Positions 36,309-47,068 are shown, counted from the stretch's first letter. The stretch is 64,000 nucleotides of DNA from an uncultured Chthoniobacteraceae bacterium (GCA_964595865.1 CAZQRL010000002.1:85605-149604), one strand, 5' to 3'. Notes: generated by a model not told the origin, from the sequence alone. Numbers and translations: made by a program.

Positions 36309-37801
36309 GAACCTCTTCCTTCCAAGACCGCCGCAATGTAACGGTTCGGATCCATCAGCTCTTCTCCCGCGCGCTGCACAATAACCAAGATCCACTCCGG
36401 GGAAAGACTAATGGCAAAAATCACCAGCACCATCAGAGTCATGGAGAGCCACATGGCCAGCGGGATTCTTACCCTTTCCGGCGGGAGTTCGACGTCCTCC
36501 GGTTGGGTTTTCCAAAAAGCCTCCGCCCAGATTTTCACCATCGAGTAAAGTGTCAGCAAGCCCACTCCGAGAGCCGCAGCAATAGCCAGCCACTGCGCGG
36601 TCGGCACGGCTTCTTTCACAAGATAAAATTTACCCAAAAAGCCTGAGAGCGGCGGCATCCCGGCCAAAGCCATGGCGGAAATCAGGAAGATCACTGCCAA
36701 CCAAGGCTGCGATTGGTAGAGACCGCCAATTTTTTTCAGTTTGGTGGAGCCTTTGCAGTGCGCCACCGCCCCGGCCACCAAAAAGAGATTCGTTTTGGCG
36801 AGGATGTTGTGCAGAATATAAAAAAGTCCGGCCGCCAAAGCTCCGGCGGTGAACAGCCCCAGCCCCAGTGTCATGTAGCCAATCTGGCTGACAATATGAA
36901 AAGCTAGCAATCGTTTCATCTCGAACTGCGCCGCCGCCCCCAAAACCCCGGTAATCATGGTCAAGATGGAGATCCCGATGATAAGGCTCTGGGTGGCGGC
37001 CGCATCCACGACGAAGATGAGCGTGAACACCCGCATCAGCGAATACACTCCCACCTTGCTAAGCAAACCGCCGAAGATCGCCGTTACTGAAACCTTGGGC
37101 GTGTGATAGGATGCTGGCAACCAGGAAAAGACCGGGAAAACTGCCGCCTTCATCCCAAAGGCCACCAAGAGCAGCATGGCCGAGGTTACTACCGGCAAGG
37201 ACATTCCGCCCTCGCGCACAACCTGTGCCATATCGGCCATATTGAGGGTGCCGGTCTTGGCATAGAGCAGTCCCAGCGCCGTGAGGAAGATCCCGGAAGC
37301 AAGAAAATTTAGCACCAGATACTTGATGCCGCCGCGCAGCTGCGCCCGCTCGCTGCCCAAGGTCAGCAATACGAAAGAAGCCATGAGCATCACTTCGAAC
37401 CAGACGAACAAATTAAACAAATCCCCTGTGAGAAATGCTCCACTCACACCCATGAGGAGAATCTGGTAGAGCGGGTAGAACCCGAATTTCTCATGCTCCG
37501 GGCCGACATCCGCCAAAGCATAGATCGCCACAAGGAATCCCGTCAGACCGGTGGCCACGACCAAAACCGCCCCCAGGGTATCGGCAACAAAACAAATTCC
37601 AAATGGCGCCTGCCAATCCCCGAAATGCACCACTTGAATCCCTTCCCGCAGCACCACCACTAGGAGCCAGAGAGATACTGCAAGGTGTCCCGCCGAGGCC
37701 AGCAGATTGCCGTAGCGGCGCAGGGCCGCTCCTGGTAGAGCCATCAAAAGTGCCGCGCTCAAGAGCGGCAGGAAGACCGGCCAAGCCACCAGACTGTTCA
37801 T
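36305..37801 (-). CDS. mrpD: Na+/H+ antiporter Mrp/Mnh subunit D (NuoN/NuoM-like proton-pumping subunit)
   Basis: A 498-aa polytopic protein of the complex-I antiporter-like family (LFVWFEVMLMASFVLL, WLPASYHTPKVSVTAIFGGLLSKVG). Confidence 0.9.
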   Translation of the reverse strand: MNSLVAWPVFLPLLSAALLMALPGAALRRYGNLLASAGHLAVSLWLLVVVLREGIQVVHFGDWQAPFGICFVADTLGAVLVVATGLTGFLVAIYALADVGPEHEKFGFYPLYQILLMGVSGAFLTGDLFNLFVWFEVMLMASFVLLTLGSERAQLRGGIKYLVLNFLASGIFLTALGLLYAKTGTLNMADMAQVVREGGMSLPVVTSAMLLLVAFGMKAAVFPVFSWLPASYHTPKVSVTAIFGGLLSKVGVYSLMRVFTLIFVVDAAATQSLIIGISILTMITGVLGAAAQFEMKRLLAFHIVSQIGYMTLGLGLFTAGALAAGLFYILHNILAKTNLFLVAGAVAHCKGSTKLKKIGGLYQSQPWLAVIFLISAMALAGMPPLSGFLGKFYLVKEAVPTAQWLAIAAALGVGLLTLYSMVKIWAEAFWKTQPEDVELPPERVRIPLAMWLSMTLMVLVIFAISLSPEWILVIVQRAGEELMDPNRYIAAVLEGRGS

Positions 37802-38142
37802 GTCTCTTCCTCCTGGAGCTGGTCCAAGTCATCGGTCTGCGTTTCCTGATGCGTGCGCCGCATCAAGGCCAAAGTGAACGCTAAAACGCCAAACCCAATG
37901 ACGATGGCCGTGAGAATCAGCGCCTGGGGCAAAGGGTCAGCTGTTACTCCGGTGACCGTTCCGTCTTCACCCAAAAACGCGGCCCGATCCTCGGTTAGCC
38001 CGGCCCCGACAAAAATGAGCAAATTGATCCCGGTGCCGAGTAACATCACCCCGAGAATGACTTTCATCATGCTGCGCCGCAGCAGCAGATAAAAGGCCAT
38101 GGCGTAAATCCCGCCGATGGTGATAGCTAACAGGTTTTCCAT
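37798..38142 (-). CDS. mrpC: Na+/H+ antiporter Mrp/Mnh subunit C (NuoK-like)
   Basis: 114 aa and 3 TM helices, with DPLPQALILTAIVIGFGVLAF typical of MrpC/NuoK. Confidence 0.88.
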   Translation of the reverse strand: MENLLAITIGGIYAMAFYLLLRRSMMKVILGVMLLGTGINLLIFVGAGLTEDRAAFLGEDGTVTGVTADPLPQALILTAIVIGFGVLAFTLALMRRTHQETQTDDLDQLQEEET

Positions 38143-38579
38143 TATTCCCGCTCCTTTCCTTCCTCCCCGGCCATGGCGTAAACCATCAAGACCACTGTTC
38201 CGGCGACGACGAGAAAAATCCCCAGGTCAAAAAATAGCGGCGTCCCGAGCTTAACTTTGCCGACGATCCCAGTCGGGATGCTCCAGTCGGGCCACAACCC
38301 GGTGAAAATCGGCCTGCCGGCAAACAAAGCCGGTAAGGCACTTGCCCCAGCCAGGAAGAGCCCCCACCCCATTAGCCCAAGTGGGGGGATGCGCAAAAGC
38401 TGCAAGGCGGCTGGCATCCCAAAGGCGATTCCCCACAATACAAAGGCGCTGCCGCAGACCAACCCGCCAATGAAGCCACCGCCCGGCTCGTTGTGTCCAC
38501 GCAGTAACAGAAGCGCCGAAAGGATCACCAGCAAAGGAACGATAATCCGGGCCCCAGCCCGCAAGACATAGGATTTCAT
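38142..38579 (-). CDS. mrpB: Na+/H+ antiporter Mrp/Mnh subunit B
   Basis: 145 aa and 4 TM helices, with the GHNEPGGGFIGGL motif typical of MrpB. Confidence 0.88.
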   Translation of the reverse strand: MKSYVLRAGARIIVPLLVILSALLLLRGHNEPGGGFIGGLVCGSAFVLWGIAFGMPAALQLLRIPPLGLMGWGLFLAGASALPALFAGRPIFTGLWPDWSIPTGIVGKVKLGTPLFFDLGIFLVVAGTVVLMVYAMAGEEGKERE

Positions 38580-40906
38580 GCGCCCCCCTCCCCTTCAGTT
38601 TTCCACTTTGCAGAACGCCGCTGCATCCCAAAACGCAGCACCGCATAGACTCCAAGCCCCGCCACCGCCAGCACTGCCACCTCCCCCAGCGTATCCAGCG
38701 CCCGGAAATCCACCAAGATCACATTCACCACGTTGCGCCCTTGGGCCACGATGGAGTTCTCCATAAAGTAGGAAGTCAGCCGCTTCTCAGGCTCCACCGT
38801 AAGCGCCTTCATAATCATCAACGTCACCACCACCCCAACCGTGCCGCTGATGAGGGCATCCCTCACCCGGGCCTGCCAAGTGCTCATCGAACGTCCGGAA
38901 GGCAGGTGGTAGATCACCAGCACAAAGAGGATAATGCTCAGGGTCTCGACGAGAAATTGCGTGATAGCCAGGTCCGGAGCGCCGTAGAGCGCGAAAATCA
39001 AGGCTGCGCAATAACCCACCAATCCCAGCAGAACCACGGCCGTAATGCGCCGGTGGGTAACGATTGCTGTAATCCCGGCCAGAAATATCGCCACACAGAT
39101 CGCCACCCCATACCACTCAAACGGGCGCCAGACCAACCAACCCTCCGGCATTTCGATCTGCCCGAGACCGAACCCCACCGCACCCAGCACTGCCGCTAAC
39201 ACCACCAGGATGTAGTAGCGAAGATACCCGTTCTGCAAAAAGTCGGTCTGCTTTTTAGCCACCCAGGGGAGAACACGATAGACCAAGGCTTCGTAGACTC
39301 GAGTGGGGCCCACCGCAGCGAGAAACCCCGCTTTTTCCCGCCAGGCACGCAACCGATCCCGCTGGAAATAAAACCACACCCCCAACGCCACCGTGATCAC
39401 ACTCAACACCAGCATCGGAGTCAATCCATGCCAGAGGTAAAGTTTCACTTTGATCGGTTCAGCCAGCACCGCCTCCACCGCCGGCATGAGCAAAGGCCGA
39501 TCCACCAAGAAAGGAGCCAGCCCGAAGACCAAACCCAGCACCGCTAGTAATACCGACCCCAGCCATAGGGCAGACGGAGCCTCGTGCGGATGCTTGGGCG
39601 TTTCCCGTGCCTGGCCGAAAAATGGACCAACCCCTACGATCAACGCCACCGCGACCACCAAGGCATTTGCCAAAACTCCGAGCCCCGCCATCCCCCAGCC
39701 CCAAGTCCCCAGCTGCAGTTTAGCTTCGTAGATGAGCTCCTTACTGATGAAGCCCAAGACCGGCGGGATCCCGCACATCGCCAAGGCCGCCAAACTCGCC
39801 GCCACGGCGGTGATCGGCATGGCCCGAAACAACCCACCCAAATCCCGCACTTCCCGGGTGTGCGTCTCATGATCAACCGTTCCAGCCATCATGAAGAGTG
39901 CTCCCTTGTAAAGCGAGTGCACCAGCAGAAAAGCCACCGCGGCTTTGGCTGCCAGCGGGGTTCCGAGCCCGAGGAGGAGGGTCATGGTCCCCAAAGCCCC
40001 AACGGTCGTGTAGGCGAGCAAGCGCTTCAAATCCGTTTGCCCAACCGCCAGGATGGACCCCACGAGCATGGTCACCAGCCCGACAACCGTCAGGGTCTGG
40101 TTCCATCCCGCCACCCCGCCAAAAAGTGGCGTCAACCGCGCCATGAGGAAGACCCCCACGGTTACCATCGTGGCGCTGTGCAGGTAGGCACTCACCGGAG
40201 TTGGCGCTGCCATGGCCCCGGGAAGCCAGAAGTGAAAAGGCGTCTGCGCCGACTTGGTAAACGCCCCCAGTAAAATCAAACCCATGCTGACCCCAGCCAG
40301 AGGGCTAGCGAGAATCATCTCCCGCTGCTCGAGAAGCACAGGAAGGGCAAACGACCCTCCGACCCATCCCAACAGGACCAGCCCCAGGAGAAGACATTGT
40401 CCTCCGGCAAAGGTGACCAACAAAGCTTGCAAGGCAGCTGCCCGCGAGGCCTGTTGCTCATGGTTAAACCCGATCAGCAGGTAGGAAGAGAGGCTGGTAA
40501 GCTCCCAGAAAATAAAAAGCACCAGCAGGTTTTCCGCCGAAACCACGCCGAGCATCGCCCCCATGAAGAAAAACAAGTAGGCAAAGAATCGCCCAAGCTG
40601 TGGATGCCCATGCAAGTAGCCCCCCGCATAGATGGAAATAAGCGTGCCGATGCCACTGACCAGAAGCAAAAACAAAAGGCTCAACCCATCAAAACGGAAT
40701 GCCAGCTCAAAACCAAAACTCGGAATCCAAGGCGTAACTTGCCTAACCACTCCGGTCTCAGGCAAGCGGAGCAGCAAGGTCAGGAAATAGGTGAACGCAC
40801 TGGCAGGGATTAGAGCAAACAACCAACCCGAGAGATCCCGGGTCACCCGGTGTAACGTCGGCGCCAAGGCCGCCAGGGCAAAGGTAGCGGCCAGGACTCC
40901 TAGCAT
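38576..40906 (-). CDS. mrpA: Na+/H+ antiporter Mrp/Mnh subunit A (NuoL-like plus MrpB-like C-terminal domain)
   Basis: A ~776-aa polytopic protein with NuoL-like motifs (FIFWELTSLSSYLLIGF, WLPGAMAAPTPVSAYLHSATMVTVGVF). ATG 40906 (MLGVLAATFALAA) is preferred over the track start at 40990. Confidence 0.9.
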   Translation of the reverse strand: MLGVLAATFALAALAPTLHRVTRDLSGWLFALIPASAFTYFLTLLLRLPETGVVRQVTPWIPSFGFELAFRFDGLSLLFLLLVSGIGTLISIYAGGYLHGHPQLGRFFAYLFFFMGAMLGVVSAENLLVLFIFWELTSLSSYLLIGFNHEQQASRAAALQALLVTFAGGQCLLLGLVLLGWVGGSFALPVLLEQREMILASPLAGVSMGLILLGAFTKSAQTPFHFWLPGAMAAPTPVSAYLHSATMVTVGVFLMARLTPLFGGVAGWNQTLTVVGLVTMLVGSILAVGQTDLKRLLAYTTVGALGTMTLLLGLGTPLAAKAAVAFLLVHSLYKGALFMMAGTVDHETHTREVRDLGGLFRAMPITAVAASLAALAMCGIPPVLGFISKELIYEAKLQLGTWGWGMAGLGVLANALVVAVALIVGVGPFFGQARETPKHPHEAPSALWLGSVLLAVLGLVFGLAPFLVDRPLLMPAVEAVLAEPIKVKLYLWHGLTPMLVLSVITVALGVWFYFQRDRLRAWREKAGFLAAVGPTRVYEALVYRVLPWVAKKQTDFLQNGYLRYYILVVLAAVLGAVGFGLGQIEMPEGWLVWRPFEWYGVAICVAIFLAGITAIVTHRRITAVVLLGLVGYCAALIFALYGAPDLAITQFLVETLSIILFVLVIYHLPSGRSMSTWQARVRDALISGTVGVVVTLMIMKALTVEPEKRLTSYFMENSIVAQGRNVVNVILVDFRALDTLGEVAVLAVAGLGVYAVLRFGMQRRSAKWKTEGEGGA

Positions 40907-41133
40907 CGCTCCCTCCTCGGGCTCCCCGCACAAGCTCGCACGGCGGGTGATGGAATGTCGGTCAGGGCAGGCATAAAAACAGCCCTGCAAGGAAAACGAG
41001 ATCGGGGAAATTTCAACTCAAATCGCCTCTGGATTTTCTCTGCCCGCAAAAAGAATCCACCCACACCCCACGCGCAAGGTCTTGCGCTTTTACCTTGGAG
41101 GGTTCATCTTCCCGGCTCTCCCTTTTAATTATT

Positions 41134-42507
41134 ATGGCATACGATCTGATGGTAGTTGGTGGTGGTCCGGCTGGTTACGTAGGAGCGATTCGCGCCGCGC
41201 AGCTGGGAAAAAAGGTGGCCTGCGTCGAAATGGACCGGGCTGGAGGCACCTGTTTGAACTGGGGCTGCATCCCGACCAAATCGCTGCTGAAAAACGCCGA
41301 GATCTACCAACAACTCACCCATCATGCCGCTGAGTTTGGCCTTGCCTTCGAGAATCTCACCTACGACTGGAGCAAGGTCATCGGACGAAGTCGCAAAGTC
41401 AGTGACCGCCTCGCAGGCGGGATCGAAATGCTCTTCAAGAAAAACAAAGTGGACTACCTGCGCGGCGAAGGCATTGTTCCCAAGCCCGGGATGGTGGAGG
41501 TCGTCGGAGCCGATGGCAAAAAAACCGCTTACGAAACCGGCAAAATCCTTATCACCACCGGCTGTGTGTCCCGGGAGATGCCCGGATTCCCCTACAACGG
41601 CAAAACTGTGATCGGCAGCAAGCAAGCCATGGTGCTGCCGGAACAACCCAAAGATATCATTATCATCGGAGCCGGAGCCATCGGCATCGAATTCGCCTAC
41701 TTCTTCAATGCCTTCGGCACGAAGGTGACCGTTATTGAAATGATGGAGCGCATCCTCCCAGTGGAGGACGATGAGGTGAGCGCCGCTTTGGAAAAAGCCC
41801 TCAGCAAGCAGGGGATCAAAATCCTCACCGGCACCAAGGTCGAGAAAGCGGAGACCACGAACAAAGGCGTGCGCTTGCAGGTCTCCGGCAAGACGGCTGA
41901 GACACTCGAGGCAAGCGTGGCCCTGGTTGCCATTGGTGTCAGCCCCTTGGTTCCGCAGGGACTGCAGCTGGAGCTCGATCGCGGCTACATCAAGACCAAC
42001 GATAGCTACGAGACCAGCGTCAAAGGCATCTATGCGGCCGGGGATATCATCGGTCCTCCGTGGCTCGCTCACGTCGCCAGCTGGGAAGCCATCCAGGCCG
42101 TTGAAGGCATGTTTGCCGGCAAGAAGCCGAAAAAAGTCAGCGTCTTTCCGGGCTGCACCTATTGCCATCCCCAGGTGGCCAGCGTCGGCCTGACTGAGCG
42201 TGCGGCCAAAGAAAAAGGCCTGAAATACAAAGTTGGCAAATTCCCTTTTATGGCTTCCGGCAAGGCCTTGGCCGTGGGGGATAGCGATGGATTTGTGAAG
42301 CTTATTTTTGGCCAAGAACACGGGGAGATCCTCGGGGCGCACATCATCGGCGGCGACGCCACCGAAATGATTGCCGAGCTTGGCTTGGCTATCAACCTGG
42401 AGGCGACTTACGAAGAGATCGGCGCGACGATTCATGCGCACCCGACTTTGAGTGAGGCCATCATGGAAGCCACGCACGCCTCGCAGGGCCACGCCATCCA
42501 CATTTAG
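41134..42507 (+). CDS. lpdA: Dihydrolipoyl dehydrogenase (E3)
   Basis: FAD motif VVGGGPAGYVGAIRAAQLG, redox disulfide GGTCLNWGCIPTK, NAD motif IIIGAGAIGIEFA and C-terminal HAHPTLSEA. Confidence 0.92.
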   Translation: MAYDLMVVGGGPAGYVGAIRAAQLGKKVACVEMDRAGGTCLNWGCIPTKSLLKNAEIYQQLTHHAAEFGLAFENLTYDWSKVIGRSRKVSDRLAGGIEMLFKKNKVDYLRGEGIVPKPGMVEVVGADGKKTAYETGKILITTGCVSREMPGFPYNGKTVIGSKQAMVLPEQPKDIIIIGAGAIGIEFAYFFNAFGTKVTVIEMMERILPVEDDEVSAALEKALSKQGIKILTGTKVEKAETTNKGVRLQVSGKTAETLEASVALVAIGVSPLVPQGLQLELDRGYIKTNDSYETSVKGIYAAGDIIGPPWLAHVASWEAIQAVEGMFAGKKPKKVSVFPGCTYCHPQVASVGLTERAAKEKGLKYKVGKFPFMASGKALAVGDSDGFVKLIFGQEHGEILGAHIIGGDATEMIAELGLAINLEATYEEIGATIHAHPTLSEAIMEATHASQGHAIHI

Positions 42508-42555
42508 CGTCCCTTTGCGGGCCATCCCCCTCCCCCGCCGGCTTTTGTCTCTCTC

Positions 42556-43707
42556 ATGCGCCTTTTCATCGCCTACGCCTACGACCGGCGGGCGACCGAG
42601 GCCTTTTACGCCGCACGCCCCGGGCTGGCCAGCAAAAGCTACGCTGAACAACACTCCGTGCTCTGGTCGGAGCTTTTCGTCGGCACGGATTTCTGGAGTC
42701 GGGAGTTGGTCCACCTCGAGCCGGATTGGGAAGTGCAGGAAATCGTCCTCAATTTGCGCCCACTGCAAGAGGCTTGGGCGCGCGAACACGGGGTGGTCTT
42801 TTCTTCCGATCATTGGATGGAGGAAATCGCCGCCGCGCAAGTCCGCCAGTTCCGCCCGGACATTCTCTTTACTCGGGACCATGAGTTTATAGATGCCAGC
42901 TTTCGGCGTGCCCTTGTGGCCGCGGGCTCACCTCGGCTCGTCCTCGGCTGGGATGGCATCGCCCGCTGCGATCCGGATCGTTTCCAGGGCTGCGACCTCC
43001 TCCTGACCAACTTTGATTTTGTCGCGCACTTCTACTCGCAACACGGTTTGCCGGGAGTCCTTTTTCCCTACAGCTTGGCCGATACTTTGGTGCCTTTGGG
43101 AGCGGAGCCTTATCCTCGGCCACATCCCCTCACCTTTGCGGGCTCCGTGGTTGTGCGGCCAGATCTGCATGTGCATCGCCTTTTCCTGCTCAATGGGTTG
43201 GCTCGCAAGCTGCCGCTGGAAATCCGGGCTGCCGGCAACATCTCTGAGTGGCAGTGGTGGTCCCGCCCGCAGCGGCGCCGCCTGCGCCACGGTCAATGGG
43301 GCACTGCCGCCGCCGTGCATCGCCTCGGCCAACGCAATGCCGGCCCGGTGCATGGAGTGGACATGTTCCATTACCTCGCCTCCTCCCAAGTGACGTTAAA
43401 TGTGCACATTGATAATGCCCGCCAACGCGCCAGCAACATGCGGCTCTTTGAGGCCACTGGCATGGGTGCTTGTTTGCTCACCGATGGTCTGCAGGGGCTG
43501 GAAGCCTTCTTCACCGAGGGCAAGGAGGTAGTCGGCTACCGCAGTCCCGCCGAGGCGGTAGAAAAAGCCACCTGGTTGCTGCAACATCCTGCCTTCGCTG
43601 CAGAGATCGGAGCTGCGGCCCGTCAGCGCGTGCTTCGCGAGCACTTGTTTTCCCATCGCTGGCCAGTCCTCAAGGAACGACTGCGGCAACAGCTGGACCA
43701 CATCTAA
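42556..43707 (+). CDS. CgeB-like glycosyltransferase-family protein (Glyco_trans_1_2/DUF3880-like)
   Basis: The C-terminal region NMRLFEATGMGACLLTD...GKEVVGYRSPAEAVEKATWLLQHP...RQRVLREH resembles the CgeB/spore-maturation-type GT family. Assignment by pattern only. Confidence 0.55.
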   Translation: MRLFIAYAYDRRATEAFYAARPGLASKSYAEQHSVLWSELFVGTDFWSRELVHLEPDWEVQEIVLNLRPLQEAWAREHGVVFSSDHWMEEIAAAQVRQFRPDILFTRDHEFIDASFRRALVAAGSPRLVLGWDGIARCDPDRFQGCDLLLTNFDFVAHFYSQHGLPGVLFPYSLADTLVPLGAEPYPRPHPLTFAGSVVVRPDLHVHRLFLLNGLARKLPLEIRAAGNISEWQWWSRPQRRRLRHGQWGTAAAVHRLGQRNAGPVHGVDMFHYLASSQVTLNVHIDNARQRASNMRLFEATGMGACLLTDGLQGLEAFFTEGKEVVGYRSPAEAVEKATWLLQHPAFAAEIGAAARQRVLREHLFSHRWPVLKERLRQQLDHI

Positions 43708-43724
43708 AGTTACTCCTCTGCTCT

Positions 43725-44954
43725 ATGGAACTGGAATTGATCAATACCGGCACCGAGTTGCTCCTCGGAGAGGTCGTCAACACTCACACCTCATGGCTGG
43801 GACAACAGCTGTTGCCTCTCGGCTGGCGTATCCGGCGCCAATGCACCCTGCCGGATGGCCGGGATCTTTTGGCAGGATTCCGCGAGGCTCAACAGCGCGG
43901 CGCCCGCCTGGTCCTGGTCACCGGCGGGTTGGGACCGACCTCCGATGATCTCACCCGCGAGGCCCTGGCGGAGCTCTACGGACTCGCCTTGCGGGAAGAT
44001 CCCTCCGTGCGCCAAGCGATCGAAATTCGCTGTCAGCGACGCGGAGTGACCTTTCGGGAAAGCATGGCACGACAAGCCCTGGTGCCAACAGGGGCAGAGA
44101 TTTTACCCAACGAACGCGGCACCGCGCCGGGCCTTTTCTACCAAGCTGCCGATGGCCTGCGCTGGTTCCTCCTTCCCGGACCTCCCAGTGAACTCTACCC
44201 GATGTTTTACGCCTCCGTGGAGCCACGTTTGCGCGAGTGGATCGGCCATGATTCCCCCTCCGCTATGCGCCTGTATCGAGCTATCGGCATTGGGGAATCC
44301 GAAGTGGAAGCTCTCATCGGTCGGGAAATTGAAGTCGGCGGAGAAATCGAAGTGGGCTACTGTGCGCGACCGGGTGAAGTGGACTTGCGACTCATCGGCC
44401 CGCTCGAGCGTCTCGATGCCTGGGATGAAAAAATTCGTGCGGCACTCGGAGCGCACCTCTTTGCCATCGGACGGCGATCTTTGGAGGAAGTCGTGGTGCG
44501 CCTGCTGGCGGAGCGTCGCCAGACCGTAGCCACAGCGGAATCTTGCACGGGCGGGTTGTTGGCCAGCCGAATCACGGATGTGCCGGGCGCCAGCGAGGTT
44601 TTCGCGCAAGGTGTGGTCGCCTACGCCAATGCCGTCAAAGAACGACTACTCGGTGTGTCGGCGGAGTTGCTGCAGGCATACGGCGCGGTGTCTGCGGAAG
44701 TTGCCCGTGCCATGGCCCAGGGGGTGCGCCAACTGGCTGGGGCGGATTATGGTCTTGCCACAACAGGGATTGCCGGACCAGGTGGGGGGACGGCCGAGAA
44801 ACCCGTGGGCCTCGTTTTCTACGCTTTGGCCACCCCGACAGCCACGCACGTCCTCCAGGGAAACTTTCCCGCAGGGCGAGAAGCCTGCAAACGCTTCGCC
44901 ACCCAACAGGCCCTCGATCTGTTGCGGCGGCAAATCCTCGCTTCCGAGCCATGA
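43725..44954 (+). CDS. cinA: CinA-family competence/damage-inducible protein (MoCF-like domain + nicotinamide-nucleotide amidohydrolase PncC domain)
   Basis: MELELINTGTELLLGEVVNTHTSWL, VTGGLGPTSDDLTREA and the C-terminal TAESCTGGLLA...GIAGPGGGT. Confidence 0.88.
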   Translation: MELELINTGTELLLGEVVNTHTSWLGQQLLPLGWRIRRQCTLPDGRDLLAGFREAQQRGARLVLVTGGLGPTSDDLTREALAELYGLALREDPSVRQAIEIRCQRRGVTFRESMARQALVPTGAEILPNERGTAPGLFYQAADGLRWFLLPGPPSELYPMFYASVEPRLREWIGHDSPSAMRLYRAIGIGESEVEALIGREIEVGGEIEVGYCARPGEVDLRLIGPLERLDAWDEKIRAALGAHLFAIGRRSLEEVVVRLLAERRQTVATAESCTGGLLASRITDVPGASEVFAQGVVAYANAVKERLLGVSAELLQAYGAVSAEVARAMAQGVRQLAGADYGLATTGIAGPGGGTAEKPVGLVFYALATPTATHVLQGNFPAGREACKRFATQQALDLLRRQILASEP

Positions 44955-46123
44955 CCTCTCCGCGCATCTATCCTGCCGAATTGGCGGCATGGTGGCGGCA
45001 AGAAGCGGAACACCATCAACCGGAAGCGTGGGGCGCGGACTTCCCCAACTGGGTAATGCGCAGTCTGATGCAGCTGCGGGACCAATTTACCGCTCAACGC
45101 CCGGGCCGCTTTGCCGATTATCAAAAAGACCCTGCCTCCGGCCTGGCCTACGGTCTGTATTATTTCCCGCGTTCCTATGTCATGGTGCGATTGGCCCTGG
45201 CGGAGCTTTGGCGGGCCGCCGGATGGCGTCCAAAACAGGCAACCATTCGTCTCCTGGATGTGGGTGCAGGAAGTGGTGCTGCGGGGCTGGCAGCACTCGC
45301 GAGCCTGCAAGAATATGCGCCTGATCGAAAGTTGGAGCTCGTGCGTTGGGACCATTCCTCCTCGGCTCTGCACACCGCCGCACGGCTACAGGAACACTTT
45401 TTCCCGAACACTCTGGGAACCAACAAAGTTTTGCCGCTGGCCGACCCAGGCAACTTTCCGTCTGCGGCAGGCCATTTCGACCTGATTCTCGCGGCGCTGG
45501 TTCTCAACGAAATTCCCGGAGACCGGCGCGCTTGGATACAAAGTCTCATCGCTCGGCTGGCGCCGGGTGGTTGTCTGTTAATTTTTGAATCGGGTCAACC
45601 TGGGCCCGCCTGGGAGCTGGCTTCCCTCGGCGGTGAGCTTCTCGTGGACGGGCTCGCCTGCGGGCTGCTGCCGTGTCCAGAAAGTTGCACCCGCACCGCA
45701 ACGTCAGGGGGCTGGCCCGCGGGCTATTGGCCGCACGAAGTGCGTCGCTGGGATCCCCAACCGGATCTTCGCCGCTTGCAACAACTTCTGCACCACACCG
45801 ATCTCGAGCTGAAGTTCTCCTTCCTCGGAGTCGGGAAGCCCCCCCTGGCCACCCTGGCCCCGAGGAAAACTCTCTTTCGTCTCACCGCCCCTCCCCTCAT
45901 CAAACCCGGCCACCTCCTCCTGCAGGCTGCCGATTCCTCGGCGTGTCCGTGGCACTGGGAATGTTCCACGCGCGGGTTGCGCAAACACGCAGTGAAGCAA
46001 ATCGCCGCCCGGTGGGAGCGCGGTGATGTCTTTTCGGTCGAGGATTGGAAGCCCCTCAAGCTTCCAGCACACGGAAAAATCGCCCATCCTGACGCGATGC
46101 AGCCATTTTTCCAACCGGGCTAG
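44951..46123 (+). CDS. SAM-dependent methyltransferase (Rsm22-like layout)
   Basis: SAM motif I RLLDVGAGSGAAGLAALA; ATGA overlap with the cinA stop; a Cys-containing C-terminal half (GLLPCPESC...). The track ORF start (44543) lies inside cinA. Confidence 0.6.
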   Translation: MTSPRIYPAELAAWWRQEAEHHQPEAWGADFPNWVMRSLMQLRDQFTAQRPGRFADYQKDPASGLAYGLYYFPRSYVMVRLALAELWRAAGWRPKQATIRLLDVGAGSGAAGLAALASLQEYAPDRKLELVRWDHSSSALHTAARLQEHFFPNTLGTNKVLPLADPGNFPSAAGHFDLILAALVLNEIPGDRRAWIQSLIARLAPGGCLLIFESGQPGPAWELASLGGELLVDGLACGLLPCPESCTRTATSGGWPAGYWPHEVRRWDPQPDLRRLQQLLHHTDLELKFSFLGVGKPPLATLAPRKTLFRLTAPPLIKPGHLLLQAADSSACPWHWECSTRGLRKHAVKQIAARWERGDVFSVEDWKPLKLPAHGKIAHPDAMQPFFQPG

Positions 46124-46995
46124 CAGACTAAAAACCGTCCCAGCAGCGGAGCCAGGCGTTCCCGCGTGGCAACCGGCCAATGAGCCTGCGGGGTAACAAT
46201 CGCCGTATCCAGAGCATGGTGTTCCGGCCAGTTGGGCTCCAAGGGAATTTTCGGCAGGGTGGCGATGAGAATTTCCTTGGCTGTTTGCACGTTGGCGCGC
46301 AGGTGAGCAGTCACCGCGTCTGCGGTTACCGGGAGTTCATCGGTTTTCCAGCAATCGTAATCGGTGACCATCGCCAGAGTGGCACAGGCGATCTCGGCTT
46401 CGCGGGCCAGTTTGACCTCGGGCAGGTTGGTCATGCCGATAATGTGTCCTCCCAGCTTGCGATTGGCCTCCGATTCTGCCCGCGTGGAAAAGGCCGGGCC
46501 ATCCATGTTCACATAGGTTCCGTTGTAATGGAAAGTCTTGCCCAGCCGCTGACAGGCATCGCCGAGAAGATGCCGAAGGTTCGCCGAAAAAGGATCTCCA
46601 AAGCTGATGTGCGCGACAATCCCATCTCCAAAGAACGTATGATACTCGCGGCGGCTGGTGCGATCAAAGAGCTGATCGGGAATGACCACCTCCAAGGGAT
46701 GAATTTCCTCGCGCAAGCTGCCGACCGCAGTCACGCAGATAAGCCAACGAACGTTCAGTGAACGCAGGGCATAAATGTTGGCCCGGTGATTGATTTCATG
46801 CGGAGCGATGCGGTGCCCGCGACCATGGCGCGGCAGAAAATAAACTTGCCGCCCAGCATAGATGCCCCGAACCAAATTGTCGGAAGGGTCTCCGAAGGGC
46901 GTGGTGAGGGCGATCTCTTCGACCTCAGTGAGCCCTTCCATTTCGTAAAGGCCGCTGCCGCCGATAATGCCGATAGCCGGTGTAGAAACATTCAT
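46120..46995 (-). CDS. mtnP: S-methyl-5'-thioadenosine phosphorylase
   Basis: IGIIGGSGLY, FLPRHGRGHRIAPHEINHRANI and MTNLPEVKLAREAEI are MTAP/PNP-family-2 motifs. Confidence 0.9.
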   Translation of the reverse strand: MNVSTPAIGIIGGSGLYEMEGLTEVEEIALTTPFGDPSDNLVRGIYAGRQVYFLPRHGRGHRIAPHEINHRANIYALRSLNVRWLICVTAVGSLREEIHPLEVVIPDQLFDRTSRREYHTFFGDGIVAHISFGDPFSANLRHLLGDACQRLGKTFHYNGTYVNMDGPAFSTRAESEANRKLGGHIIGMTNLPEVKLAREAEIACATLAMVTDYDCWKTDELPVTADAVTAHLRANVQTAKEILIATLPKIPLEPNWPEHHALDTAIVTPQAHWPVATRERLAPLLGRFLVC

Positions 46996-47068
46996 ATCTC
47001 CCCACTAAATCCTCCCGGAGCTTCTGCGCCAAGCGGGAAAATTCAGACCCGCCACAAGCGCGCGTCAC

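Noticed and set aside
41125-42882. 585-aa ORF on the minus strand
   Set aside because: It is antisense to dihydrolipoyl dehydrogenase, which has all canonical motifs. The translation is low-complexity, and no independent support was found.
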